64,000 bases of DNA from Nitrospirota bacterium (GTDB taxonomy: Bacteria; NPL-UPA2; JAADIA01). The stretch spans positions 1,699 through 65,698 of the forward strand of contig JAADIA010000079.1 of NCBI GenBank assembly GCA_013151555.1, given 5' to 3'. The notes beneath the pieces were generated by a model. It saw nothing but the letters and a program-made list of their open reading frames with translations, was not told where the DNA came from and made no database searches. Below, piece by piece: positions 49,199 through 58,835 of this stretch (the first letter of the stretch is position 1; the number at the start of each line of letters is the position of its first letter). The translations under genes and the position numbers were made by a program.

Positions 49199-49227
49199 AT
49201 CTGCCTCGCCCTAAAGGGCAAGGCATC

Positions 49228-49350
49228 ATTGTAAATTGAAGATTGGAAATTGGAAATTTTAAAATGGAAGAGAAGAAATGAGATTCAATCTTTTTTGATT
49301 TATTTCAATAAGTTTAAAATTTACAATTCTCAATTTACAATTCGAGCGAA
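49228..49350. repeat. Inverted tandem-unit element (unit ATTGGAA / TTGTAAAT) upstream of rpsP
   Basis: attgtaaattgaagattggaaattggaaatttt at 49228-49260; inverted aaaatttacaattctcaatttacaattc at 49323-49350. Confidence 0.6.
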
Positions 49351-49377
49351 GCGAGTTAACTCAGAGGAGGTGAATCA

Positions 49378-49665
49378 GTGGCTGTAGTTATTAGATTGAA
49401 AAGAATGGGAGCGAAGAAAAGACCTTTTTATCGATTGATCGTAGCTGATTCCCGTATGCCCCGGGATGGCCGGTTTATCGAGACTATTGGTCTATATAAT
49501 CCTTTAGAAAATCCTTCTAAGATTTCTGTTAGTCAGGAAAAAGCTCTTTATTGGCTGAAACAGGGAGCGAAACCATCTCCGACAGCAAAACAGATTCTGA
49601 GGAAGAGCGGAGTTTGGGAGAAGTTTAAACCACAGAAAGTACAGAAGACAGAGAATAAAGAATAG
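49378..49665 (+). CDS. rpsP: 30S ribosomal protein S16
   Basis: GTG start; [43 protein letters not shown] canonical; C-terminal tail QKTENKE encoded by repeat arm. Confidence 0.9.
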   Translation: MAVVIRLKRMGAKKRPFYRLIVADSRMPRDGRFIETIGLYNPLENPSKISVSQEKALYWLKQGAKPSPTAKQILRKSGVWEKFKPQKVQKTENKE

Positions 49666-49764
49666 AAGACAGAGAACAGATGACAGAAATAATCTTATAT
49701 TGAACGGCTGTTTTTATACGTCTGTCTCTTGATTTCTGACATCTGATGTCTGTTTCCTCTGTGG
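49664..49764. repeat. GACAGA-family inverted tandem-unit element 3' of rpsP
   Basis: agaagacagagaacagatgacagaaat at 49664-49690; inverted cgtctgtctcttgatttctgacatctgatgtctgtttcctctgtgg at 49719-49764. Confidence 0.7.
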
Positions 49765-49782
49765 TTAAGGAAATTTCTTGCT

Positions 49783-50541
49783 ATGAGGATTGATATCTTA
49801 ACTCTATTTCCCGGAATGTTTGCTGGGCCCTTTAAAGAATCTATAATCGGAAGAGCCGGGAGCAAGGGAATAGTCCGGATTGAGATTCATGACCTCCGGA
49901 ACTTTACCCGGGATCGGCATCGTAAAGCGGACGATCGCCCTTATGGCGGTGGTCCGGGTATGGTCATGAAACCGGAGCCGGTCTTTGAAGCTGTGGAACA
50001 TGTAATTGGCCGAACAACCTCTCTCTTGAGGGACCCTCAGGTGAAGGTTATCCTTATGTCTCCCCAGGGAAAGACTTTTACTCAGAAGAAAGCTGAAGAA
50101 CTAATTGGAAAAGAACATCTTGTTTTTATCTGCGGGCATTATGAAGGGATTGATGAACGAGTAGGAGAAAGGTTGGCTACCGATGAGATATCCATTGGCG
50201 ACTATGTTCTCACAGGAGGAGAATTAGCCGCTATGGTGGTCGTGGATGCAGTTGTTCGTCTTCTTCCCGGAGTTTTAGGAGCGAAAGAGTCAGCGGCGGA
50301 AGACTCTTTTTCAGAAGAACTTCTTGATTGTCCTCATTATACCCGGCCGGAAGTCTATCGGGAAATGAAAGTTCCGGAAGTTCTCCTTTCCGGCAACCAT
50401 GAGGAGATTAAGAAATGGCGTCGGCAAGAAGCTCTCTGGAAGACTTTTTTAAAAAGGCCGGATTTGATTGAGAAAGCCGAGCTTACAGAAAAGGATAGGG
50501 GAAATCTCAGGAAATTTAAAGAAAAACAAAAAAATGGGTGA
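49783..50541 (+). CDS. trmD: tRNA (guanine37-N1)-methyltransferase
   Basis: [13 protein letters not shown]..., [17 protein letters not shown] knot motifs. Confidence 0.9.
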   Translation: MRIDILTLFPGMFAGPFKESIIGRAGSKGIVRIEIHDLRNFTRDRHRKADDRPYGGGPGMVMKPEPVFEAVEHVIGRTTSLLRDPQVKVILMSPQGKTFTQKKAEELIGKEHLVFICGHYEGIDERVGERLATDEISIGDYVLTGGELAAMVVVDAVVRLLPGVLGAKESAAEDSFSEELLDCPHYTRPEVYREMKVPEVLLSGNHEEIKKWRRQEALWKTFLKRPDLIEKAELTEKDRGNLRKFKEKQKNG

Positions 50542-50593
50542 TGGGTTCCTGTTTGCCGGTTACCAATCATCAGACCAGAAGTAGGGGATAGCA

Positions 50594-50968
50594 ATGGATA
50601 TTAAACAATATGTGGAGAAAGAGTGCCTGAAGGAAAAGCTGCCCCACGTTCAGGTAGGGGATACAGTTAAAGTTGAAATAGTAGTAGTGGAAGGAGAAAG
50701 GAAAAGGAATCAGATATTTGAAGGAGTTGTCATTCGGAAAAGAGGCCAGGGGATAAGTAAAACTTTTACCCTAAGACGCGTCTCATATGGGGAAGGAATA
50801 GAAAGAACCTTTCCCTTTCATTCCCCTTCCTTAGGAAAGATAGTAGTAATCGGACAAGGAAAAATTCGCCGGAGTAAACTCTATTACTTAAGGGAAAGGT
50901 CGGGGAAGGCCGCTCGTCTTGCTAAGAAGAAGAATAATAACAAAGGACAAAGAGAAAGAGAAGCTTAG
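50594..50968 (+). CDS. rplS: 50S ribosomal protein L19
   Basis: [33 protein letters not shown] canonical L19. Confidence 0.9.
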   Translation: MDIKQYVEKECLKEKLPHVQVGDTVKVEIVVVEGERKRNQIFEGVVIRKRGQGISKTFTLRRVSYGEGIERTFPFHSPSLGKIVVIGQGKIRRSKLYYLRERSGKAARLAKKKNNNKGQREREA

Positions 50969-50978
50969 ACTCTCCCGG

Positions 50979-51614
50979 ATGGTCCGTTACGAAAGGGGGC
51001 TCTGGAGAAAGGGTTTATCTCGAGTCGCTGGTGTAGATGAAGCCGGTCGAGGTCCTTTAGCCGGTCCTGTAGTAGCTGCTGCTGTCATTCTCCCCCTAGA
51101 CATATTCCTGCCCGGCCTTGATGATTCCAAAAAACTTAGTCCGCAAAAGAGAGAAGAGATTTTTTTTAAAATTTGGAGGGAAGCCGGAGCGATAGGAGTA
51201 GGAATAGTCAGTGAGATTGTTATTGACCGGATCAACATTCTTCAAGCCACCTATTTAGCTATGCGCCAGGCAGTAACGAAACTTCCGGTTTCTCCTGATT
51301 GCCTTTTAGTTGATGGAATGACTACCATCCCGGACCTGAATACTTTTCAGGTAGCTATCGTGAAAGGAGACTCTCTAAGCATCTCCGTCGCGGCTGCTTC
51401 TATTGTGGCGAAAGTAACCAGGGATCGAATCATGGTAGAGAAAGACAAACACTTTCCTCAATATGGATTTGCTAAGCATAAAGGATATGGAACGAAAGTT
51501 CATCTGAAAGCTTTAGATAAATATGGAGCTTGTTCTTTACATCGCCGGTCCTTCAAGCCCGTGAAAGAGCGCTTGAATCATAAAGTTGAAAAAATCGCCG
51601 GTGAATACAGATAG
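50979..51614 (+). CDS. rnhB: Ribonuclease HII
   Basis: AGVDEAGRGPLAGPVVAAAVIL catalytic motif; start uncertain (50919 in the ORF track, ATG 50979 preferred). Confidence 0.85.
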   Translation: MVRYERGLWRKGLSRVAGVDEAGRGPLAGPVVAAAVILPLDIFLPGLDDSKKLSPQKREEIFFKIWREAGAIGVGIVSEIVIDRINILQATYLAMRQAVTKLPVSPDCLLVDGMTTIPDLNTFQVAIVKGDSLSISVAAASIVAKVTRDRIMVEKDKHFPQYGFAKHKGYGTKVHLKALDKYGACSLHRRSFKPVKERLNHKVEKIAGEYR

Positions 51615-51744
51615 ATACAAAAAAGCACAACCTTTAGCTAATTACCGCTGAGAACGCCGAGGTCGCCGAGATTACTTAATTTTAAAGATGATTTTCATTT
51701 TTTTATCTGCGCTCTCGGCGTTCTCAGCGGTGAAAATTAAAGGG

Positions 51745-52122
51745 ATGGTGTTTATCTGTGGAAACTCTATGAACTCGAAAGAATTAGGTGCGGAAGGCGA
51801 AAAATTGGCATGCCGATTCCTGAAGAGGAAAGGCTATCGGATAATGAAAAGGAATTATGATTCTTGCTGGGGAGAAATAGATATTGTTGCTCGAGATAAA
51901 GAAGCGATAATTTTTGTTGAAGTTAAAACACGGAGAACCAATGAATACGGTTATCCCCAGGATTCAGTAACGAAAAGTAAACAACATCGGATGAGGAAAG
52001 TTGCTTTGACTTATCTTAAGAAGAATGGATGGGAGGGAGACTGTCGTTTTGATGTTGTCGCCATTCTTATGGATTCTAAGGGTAAAGCAGCTAATATCGA
52101 ACTTATCAGAGATGCTTTTTAA
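51745..52122 (+). CDS. yraN: YraN-family (UPF0102) endonuclease-like protein
   Basis: LGAEGEKLACRFLKRKGYRIMKRNYDSCWGEIDIVARD...FVEVKTRR; conserved rplS-rnhB-yraN order; start ambiguous (51745 or 51769). Confidence 0.7.
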   Translation: MVFICGNSMNSKELGAEGEKLACRFLKRKGYRIMKRNYDSCWGEIDIVARDKEAIIFVEVKTRRTNEYGYPQDSVTKSKQHRMRKVALTYLKKNGWEGDCRFDVVAILMDSKGKAANIELIRDAF

Positions 52123-52195
52123 GCATGGTAACCAATTTAGATTTTTGTATACTTGATAAATAGAATCTTTACTATGAAAAGGAGGCTTCTATCTA

Positions 52196-52957
52196 ATGGG
52201 CGAAAATAATAAAGTGACAGATTTGCAGAAACAGAGGGGATGGGTTCGTTTAGAATGTCGAGTTCCTGTCCATTATCGAATTGATTCTGAGAAGACTCTT
52301 AAGGCAGGACTGGCCCGGGACATAGGCGAAGGAGGAGTAAAATTCGAAGCTGACAGGCGGGTTCCTCCTCAAACTATTTTGTGGTTAGCAATACAGTTGC
52401 CTGTATATATTAAGCCCCTTAAGACAAAAGCTGAAGTAGTTTCTGTTTGTGAAACAGGGACTGTCGGCAGTTATGAGATTGGAGTCCGGTTTTTAGATAT
52501 GGGGAAAACTGCCAGAAGTCGGATTGCCCGCTATATAGATGAGATAACGAGCGAGGTTGAAGGAGAAGAAGATATAGATGAAACAACCATAGAAGGACTT
52601 AAAGAAAGAGAGGTTTTAACTGTACCCGATATCCGGCAGGTGGAGGTGAAGGAAGAAAAAGAGCCGGATGTCTCTGCTTTAATCAAAGAGATAGAAGCTT
52701 TGGAAATGATTGTCGATGAAGAAGGTGGAACCTGTCAACTGGGGAAATTAGCTACTCTCTCTTGTCGTACTCTTAAAGGTTGCCCTCCTTTGATGCTGGG
52801 AATTAAGTTTCGGGAAGCAGTAGGCAAACCTCTTCTTAAGAAATATGGTTTAGATGAAAAAGAAGGGAAGAAGGTTATGGAAAGATGTAAGAAAAAATTC
52901 AGGGCTTTGGGGACTAAGTATTATATCCGTGCCCTGAGAAAATCTAATGAAGTTTAG
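52196..52957 (+). CDS. PilZ-domain protein with a Cys-containing C-terminal domain of unknown function
   Basis: N-terminal c-di-GMP-binding motifs (QRGWVRLECR = RxxxR; ARDIGEGGVKF = DxSxGG-like); acidic linker; C-terminal about 110 aa with CQLG...CRTLKGC... Confidence 0.55.
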   Translation: MGENNKVTDLQKQRGWVRLECRVPVHYRIDSEKTLKAGLARDIGEGGVKFEADRRVPPQTILWLAIQLPVYIKPLKTKAEVVSVCETGTVGSYEIGVRFLDMGKTARSRIARYIDEITSEVEGEEDIDETTIEGLKEREVLTVPDIRQVEVKEEKEPDVSALIKEIEALEMIVDEEGGTCQLGKLATLSCRTLKGCPPLMLGIKFREAVGKPLLKKYGLDEKEGKKVMERCKKKFRALGTKYYIRALRKSNEV

Positions 52958-53100
52958 AATATTTGATTTACAGCTCTCTTTTTTATCTTGATTGGACAGG
53001 GAATCCCTTTTTGAATTATGAACGTAAAAGAGTTGAGGATTAACGTCTTAAGAAAGACCAGGGAAATATGGAATAACTGCAAATACTGGAGAACTTATCA

Positions 53101-54633
53101 ATGTTATCTCAAACCTATTCGGCCTCCCTGCTGGGTCTGGAAGCTTATCCGGTTGAGATAGAGGTGGATGTAGCCGCCGGTCTTCCTGCCGTAATCGTAG
53201 TGGGGTTGCCTGATGCGACAGTAAGAGAAAGTAAAGACCGGATAAAATCCGCTATAAAGAATAGCCGTTTTAAGTATCCAACCAAAAGAATTACTGTAAA
53301 TCTTGCTCCTGCCGATGTGAAAAAGGAAGGTCCTTCTTTTGATTTACCTATTGCCCTGGGACTGTTAGCTGCTACGGGTCAACTTTCTCCTGAGCGTCTG
53401 AAAGATTACCTTATCCTGGGAGAACTGGCTCTGGATGGTCGGGTTCGCCCTATCAAGGGAGCCCTTCCCATCGCCCTCAGCCTGAGGAAAGAAACCCGGA
53501 GAGGAATAATTCTTCCCCGGGAGAACGCTGCCGAGGCCGCGGTCATTGAAGATATTGAGATTTATGGGGTAGGGAGCCTTGCGGAGGCGGTTAAATTCAT
53601 AAACGGAGAGGCGCGAATTACTCCCCATAAAGTAAATTTAGATGATATTTTCAGTGACTTATTATCTGATTGTGAAGTCGACTTTGCCGAGGTTAAAGGT
53701 CAATTTTCCGTAAAAAGAGCTCTGGAGATCGCTGCTGCCGGTTCTCATAATGTTTTGATGATCGGTCCTCCCGGGGCGGGAAAGACCATGTTGGCCAGAA
53801 GGCTTCCCACGATTATTCCGAATATGAGTCTGGAGGAGGCCTTGGAGACTACTCAAATTCATAGCGTGGCAGGACTTCTTCCCTCGAAACGGGCTTTGGT
53901 CACCCGGCGCCCTTTTCGCTCGCCTCATCATACCTCTTCCGATATCGCTCTCGTGGGAGGGGGGACAATTCCTAAACCCGGAGAGGTAAGCTTGGCTCAT
54001 AATGGAGTACTTTTTTTAGATGAATTGCCGGAATTTCACCGGCAAGCTCTCGAGGTTCTCCGGCAGCCTCTTGAAGATGGATCCGTTACCATATCCCGGG
54101 TGAACAGAACATTAACCTTTCCTTCCCGGATATTGCTTATCTCTACTATGAATCCCTGCCCCTGTGGTCATCTTGGTGATGAAGTAGAATGTCATTGCAC
54201 CTCTTATCAAATTCAGCGTTATCGTTCCCGTATCTCCGGTCCTCTTCTGGACAGGATAGATATTCATATTGAAACTCCTGCTTTGAAATATAAGGAGCTT
54301 GCCGGTGAGCAACTTGGTGAGTCTTCGGAAAAGGTGAGGAAGAGAGTGACGGGTGCTCGGGATATCCAGGAAAAAAGGTTTAAGGGGGAGAAAATATACG
54401 GTAACGCTTACATGAATCAGAAACAGATGAGGAGATATTGCCGTCTGGACGATGAGGGAAAAGAGCTTCTCAAAATGGCCATGAGTGAATTGGGAATATC
54501 CGCCCGGGCTTACGATAAAATACTCAAAGTAGCCAGAACGATTGCCGATTTAGCAGCCTCGGAGGATATCCAAGCTGAGCACCTCTCCGAAGCTATCCAG
54601 TACAGGAGCTTGGATAGGAATTTGTTAGCTTAA
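53101..54633 (+). CDS. YifB/ComM-family Mg-chelatase-like AAA+ ATPase
   Basis: 510 aa; N-terminal Lon-like domain, Walker [10 protein letters not shown]-terminal Zn-ribbon-like [14 protein letters not shown] typical of YifB. Confidence 0.85.
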   Translation: MLSQTYSASLLGLEAYPVEIEVDVAAGLPAVIVVGLPDATVRESKDRIKSAIKNSRFKYPTKRITVNLAPADVKKEGPSFDLPIALGLLAATGQLSPERLKDYLILGELALDGRVRPIKGALPIALSLRKETRRGIILPRENAAEAAVIEDIEIYGVGSLAEAVKFINGEARITPHKVNLDDIFSDLLSDCEVDFAEVKGQFSVKRALEIAAAGSHNVLMIGPPGAGKTMLARRLPTIIPNMSLEEALETTQIHSVAGLLPSKRALVTRRPFRSPHHTSSDIALVGGGTIPKPGEVSLAHNGVLFLDELPEFHRQALEVLRQPLEDGSVTISRVNRTLTFPSRILLISTMNPCPCGHLGDEVECHCTSYQIQRYRSRISGPLLDRIDIHIETPALKYKELAGEQLGESSEKVRKRVTGARDIQEKRFKGEKIYGNAYMNQKQMRRYCRLDDEGKELLKMAMSELGISARAYDKILKVARTIADLAASEDIQAEHLSEAIQYRSLDRNLLA

Positions 54634-54676
54634 CTCCCTGGTGGTGTAGGATTAGTAATTAAGAAGCTGGAGAAAC

Positions 54677-55435
54677 TTAACCCGAAACTCCTTCTTCTAA
54701 GAGAAGCGAGAAGGGGATTTCCAAACCATGGGCTTCCAACAACTTTTTATCCCTCATAATTTCATCAACCTGACCTTCAGCCACTACCGCACCTCCATCG
54801 AAGAGGAAAATCTTTTGACAAACTTCCCTGACTAACTCCAGGTCATGACTGGCGACTATTCGGGTTTGTCTTAAGCTCTTAAGTAAATCTATCAAATGTT
54901 TTCTGGTCCGAGGGTCGAGGCTGCTTGAGGGCTCATCAAGGACGAGAATATCGGGTTCCATGGATAAAACCGTAGCTATGGATATCCTTTTCTTTTCTCC
55001 CAGACTTAAATGGTGAGAGCATCTTTCCTCATAACCTTCCATACTTACCTCTTTAAGAGCATCCCTTACCTTTTCTCTAATCTCTATCTTGGTATAGCCG
55101 GCATTCAGAGGCCCAAAGGCAGTATCGTCAAAGACCGTAGGCATAAAGAGCTGGTCATCAGGGTCCTGGAAGACTATTCCTATTTTCTTTCTGATTTCCT
55201 TCAAGCTTTTCTGTTCAATCTTCATCCCCAGTACTTCTACAGCTTCCTTCTTATCTTCCAAAACCCCATTCAAGTGGAGAAGGAGCGTGGTCTTCCCTGC
55301 TCCATTGGGCCCAATGATTCCTACAGATTCGCCCTCAGAGATGCTCAAATTCACATTTTGAAGAGCTACCCTGCCATCAGGGTAGGCGTAAGAAAGGTCT
55401 TTGATATTTATTATCTTCCTTTCCGAGCTTTTCAT
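54677..55435 (-). CDS. cbiO: ECF/cobalt transporter ATP-binding subunit (CbiO-like)
   Basis: Walker A GPNGAGKTT, ABC signature LSLGEKKR, Walker B ILVLDEP. Confidence 0.75.
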   Translation of the reverse strand: MKSSERKIINIKDLSYAYPDGRVALQNVNLSISEGESVGIIGPNGAGKTTLLLHLNGVLEDKKEAVEVLGMKIEQKSLKEIRKKIGIVFQDPDDQLFMPTVFDDTAFGPLNAGYTKIEIREKVRDALKEVSMEGYEERCSHHLSLGEKKRISIATVLSMEPDILVLDEPSSSLDPRTRKHLIDLLKSLRQTRIVASHDLELVREVCQKIFLFDGGAVVAEGQVDEIMRDKKLLEAHGLEIPFSLLLEEGVSG

Positions 55436-55436
55436 A

Positions 55437-56231
55437 TTATCCTCCTCCGAATCTTATCAGTCCGAGCAAAGCAATTACTATAAAGGAGTAACCTATATCT
55501 CTTTTCCTCAGATGAAATTGGCCAAGAGTTCTTGCTTCTCCGTCAAAACCACGGGAAACCATGGCGGTATAGACACGTTCTCCCCGTTCGTAACTCCTCA
55601 GGAAAAGCATTCCCACTATATTAGCCAATATCTTAATATGGAAAAGTCTGCTTCCTCCCACTGTCCGGGAATCTTTAGCCCGTTTCATTCTCATGAGTTC
55701 ATCTACCAGAACAAAGATGTATCGATACATAAAAGAAATAATCATGGTGATTATCTGAGGAAATTTTAAAGATTCCAGGGCCTTGAGGAGATGGGAAAAT
55801 TTAGTGGTCGTGGAAAGAAGGATGAGGCAGAGGATGGAAAGGTAAGACTTTATAAAAACGTTCCAGAAAACAGTGAGTCCGTCATAGGTCACGGTAAGTT
55901 GAAAAGTCCCGAAAGAGTAACCTCCGGCGATTTCCCCTTTCTTCAGGAAAGGAATAAAAATAGCAATCATGAGAACAAAAGGGATAATTACCAGTGACCT
56001 TTTGAAGATAGATCCTACCGGAACCTGGGAAAATAAAATCAAGATGAAGATGAGAAGGGCATAGAAACTAAAAGAAACGAAGTGGGTGGGTGGGGTAAAA
56101 ATTATGAATAGAATGAAGAGGGTAAGAGTAATGCTCTTTATCCGGGGATCAACCCGGTGGATGGGGCTTTGCAGATGGCTGTATTTGTCTATAAATGAAT
56201 GTTTCATAATTAATAAAAGGTTCAGAAGCAA
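55437..56231 (-). CDS. cbiQ: ECF/cobalt transporter transmembrane T component (CbiQ-like)
   Basis: 264-aa polytopic membrane protein immediately upstream of cbiO in the operon. Confidence 0.65.
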   Translation of the reverse strand: MLLNLLLIMKHSFIDKYSHLQSPIHRVDPRIKSITLTLFILFIIFTPPTHFVSFSFYALLIFILILFSQVPVGSIFKRSLVIIPFVLMIAIFIPFLKKGEIAGGYSFGTFQLTVTYDGLTVFWNVFIKSYLSILCLILLSTTTKFSHLLKALESLKFPQIITMIISFMYRYIFVLVDELMRMKRAKDSRTVGGSRLFHIKILANIVGMLFLRSYERGERVYTAMVSRGFDGEARTLGQFHLRKRDIGYSFIVIALLGLIRFGGG

Positions 56232-56264
56232 TTTGTCTCATCGCTTCCTCGCTTGTTTCCTTCC

Positions 56265-56549
56265 TCATTTCTTTTTAATTAACGCTGCTATCCCATAGCT
56301 GATTCCAAAGACGATTAATGTTCCTGCCATGCCGGCGAAAGAAGTAGCCAACTTTTCGTTCTTCAATCCCGGCCAGGAATAATCCGGTATGGGAGAGGGA
56401 ATAATTGGCTTGACCTCTCCCTTTTCCAGGAAGCCTTTATCCTCCGCCACTCTTTCCAGGCCATCGGGAAGCCGGGAGGCAAAGGGAGAAAGAATCAGAG
56501 CTAATAAAAGAGAAGCCAATAAACCAAAGAGCAAATGTTTCTTTTTCAT
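56265..56549 (-). CDS. PDGLE-domain small membrane protein (CbiN-like accessory component)
   Basis: Signal/TM segment then PDGLE motif (ASRLPDGLERVAEDKGF), C-terminal TM. Confidence 0.6.
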   Translation of the reverse strand: MKKKHLLFGLLASLLLALILSPFASRLPDGLERVAEDKGFLEKGEVKPIIPSPIPDYSWPGLKNEKLATSFAGMAGTLIVFGISYGIAALIKKK

Positions 56550-56552
56550 CCT

Positions 56553-57212
56553 CTATTCCTCCTCTTGCCCTGCCTCAGGCAGGGGTGGTTGGTAGATGAG
56601 GTCTGGCCGGACTTTAAGGACGAAACCTATGATTGAGCAAGTGATTATCGCTTCTCCCAAGCCCAGAAGCATGTGTACTCCCGCCATGGCGGGAAGAGCA
56701 ACTCTGAGTGGGGAAGTGCCGGAGATAGCCAGTTCTACAGCTACGCCGGAGGCTGCCAGGACTTCTGAGGCCCAGGCAGCTACAGCTACGCCGGCGATGA
56801 TTCCTCTGTTTCCGCCAATGACTTTTCTCAAACCGAGATAAATTAAATATCCGCCCATAGTTCCCACGATGGACATGTTGAGGATGTTGGCTCCCAGGGC
56901 AGTAAGACCACCGTCCTGAAAGACAACGCATTGGACGGTGAGGACAGTGGTGATGACAATGGCCCCGGCAAAGGGTCCCAGGAGAACGGCAGCTAAGACT
57001 CCTCCTATGAGATGGCCGGAAGTTCCTCCAGCTATGGGAAAGTTAAGCATCTGGGCGGCAAAAATAAAGGCGGACGTTACTCCCATCAGGGGAACCATCT
57101 TCTCCTTCAAGATTCGGGCTACTCTTCTCAGGCAATAACTCATTCCCCCAATGGAAAGCAGCCAGGCGGGAACCCAGGTACTCGGTGATAAAAACCCATC
57201 CGGTATATGCAT
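56553..57212 (-). CDS. cbiM: Cobalt/nickel ECF transporter substrate-capture subunit CbiM
   Basis: N-terminal MHIPDGFLS signature; 219 aa polytopic. Confidence 0.8.
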   Translation of the reverse strand: MHIPDGFLSPSTWVPAWLLSIGGMSYCLRRVARILKEKMVPLMGVTSAFIFAAQMLNFPIAGGTSGHLIGGVLAAVLLGPFAGAIVITTVLTVQCVVFQDGGLTALGANILNMSIVGTMGGYLIYLGLRKVIGGNRGIIAGVAVAAWASEVLAASGVAVELAISGTSPLRVALPAMAGVHMLLGLGEAIITCSIIGFVLKVRPDLIYQPPLPEAGQEEE

Positions 57213-57524
57213 CTTTTATTCTCCTTTCATTTACTCAGAAACTACTAACCTGATATCTTCATCCCCAAAGAATTTACCTCCTCACCTGTCAGATTAACAA
57301 AGCGTTCAGCTTTCATGCTATGTTTATCAGATTCGTGCTACTTCAAGAGAAAAAAATATCGCTTACATTATACTCTTTCCTATTATATACCAGCTCTCTC
57401 TGGCGATACTCCGAAGCGAACTATCCGCGACATGAACATTCTCCTGTGTTACGATTTTAAGAATAATAACACGACAGTTAAATCCTGTCAAGTTTTTTTG
57501 AAATACAAATAGGAATTTGTTAGC

Positions 57525-58826
57525 TTAATCCTCATTCTTCCTTCTTTCCATCATCTTCTCTCCTTCCTTTGTTACCGTCTCGATATTTCCTTCCGTCAGG
57601 ATGCGCGGAGTGATAAAGATGAGCAGTTCTATCTTCTCGTTGGTCTTCTTGGTGTGACGAAAAGCAAATCCCAAGATAGGAATATCTCCCAGGAAAGGAA
57701 CCTTCTTCGCTGTATTTTTATTATTATCTGTTAGCAGTCCTCCGAGAATAATTGTCTGACCGTTTTTAACCCGAACCTGAGTCTCCGCTTCCCGGGTATC
57801 AATTATCGGTTGAGGGTCAGTGGTCTCCGTCCATCCGGTAAGCTGGTCTATTTTAGGGTGTATCTTCATTTTGATGAAACCCGTAGGGGTAATCTGGGGA
57901 GTGACTTCCAGGGTAATCCCGGCTTTTCTAAACTCCACCTCCTCGGTGACAATGGGAATGCCGGATTCGTAAGAGGTTACTGTCTTTACATAAGGTATCT
58001 GTTTGAGTACTTTTATAGTGGCCTGTTCGCCATCCATCGTGGCTACCCGGGGGGCGGAAAGCAAGTTGGCCTTTCCCTCGTTTATCATAGCCTGTAGTCC
58101 GGCGGTGATATGGTTGTTGCCGGCCGTAAGGTTAAAAACATTCGTGGATGCCGACAGGGACTGGCTCACCGTGCCCGTAAGGCCTGACCAGCCGGAGAAG
58201 TCGGGATCTGCCCAGGTCCAGTTTATACCTAACTCTTGTTCTCTATCCAGGTTAATCTCCACTATCTTGGCTTCGATCATTACCTGCCGCTGACCAAGGT
58301 CGATCATCTGCACATATTGGCTGATTCTATCTACATTCTCGGGGAAGTCAACTACCATCAGGGAATTTTGTTCCTTGTTGACTACTATTTTCCCTTCCCC
58401 GGAAAGGAATTTGGTTAGCTGTGCTTCCAGTCCTTCCCCGGAAGCAGATTCCAGGATGAAAGTTCGACTAACCAGTTGAGGTTTGCTAACTATTCGAATA
58501 ATATTATCTTCCTTAATATAAGAATACCCCAGATTTTTTAGAATCGCATCGAGAGCATCCCAGACGGTAACATTGGTAAAACTAACACTAACCGTTCCTT
58601 TCACATCTTCACCGGGAATAATATTTAGTTTTTCCTCTTTGGCTAACAACCTGAGCAGGTCTTGGATGTCCGCATTTCGGAATTCCATGGAGAATCGCTT
58701 CGGCGAGGACCCCATTTCCTTTTCTTTGCCGGGGTCAGCAAGGGAAACCCTTATAGTAGCAGAAAGAAATAATCCTAAAATAAGCAAAAAGAAGAGAAGG
58801 TAACTCTTTCCTTTTAATGTGAACAT
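57525..58826 (-). CDS. pilQ: Type IV pilus / T2SS-family secretin (PilQ-like, short form)
   Basis: Signal peptide, N-domains, C-terminal secretin domain (GGLLTDNNKNTAKKVPFLGDIPILGFAFRH). Confidence 0.75.
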   Translation of the reverse strand: MFTLKGKSYLLFFLLILGLFLSATIRVSLADPGKEKEMGSSPKRFSMEFRNADIQDLLRLLAKEEKLNIIPGEDVKGTVSVSFTNVTVWDALDAILKNLGYSYIKEDNIIRIVSKPQLVSRTFILESASGEGLEAQLTKFLSGEGKIVVNKEQNSLMVVDFPENVDRISQYVQMIDLGQRQVMIEAKIVEINLDREQELGINWTWADPDFSGWSGLTGTVSQSLSASTNVFNLTAGNNHITAGLQAMINEGKANLLSAPRVATMDGEQATIKVLKQIPYVKTVTSYESGIPIVTEEVEFRKAGITLEVTPQITPTGFIKMKIHPKIDQLTGWTETTDPQPIIDTREAETQVRVKNGQTIILGGLLTDNNKNTAKKVPFLGDIPILGFAFRHTKKTNEKIELLIFITPRILTEGNIETVTKEGEKMMERRKNED

Positions 58827-58835
58827 TTTTTTACC

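Noticed and set aside
57213-57525. Cobalamin riboswitch upstream of cbiMNQO
   Set aside because: No B12-box (GCCACTG, or CAGTGGC on the plus strand) or other conserved core could be found by eye. Left as unconfirmed; needs cmsearch.
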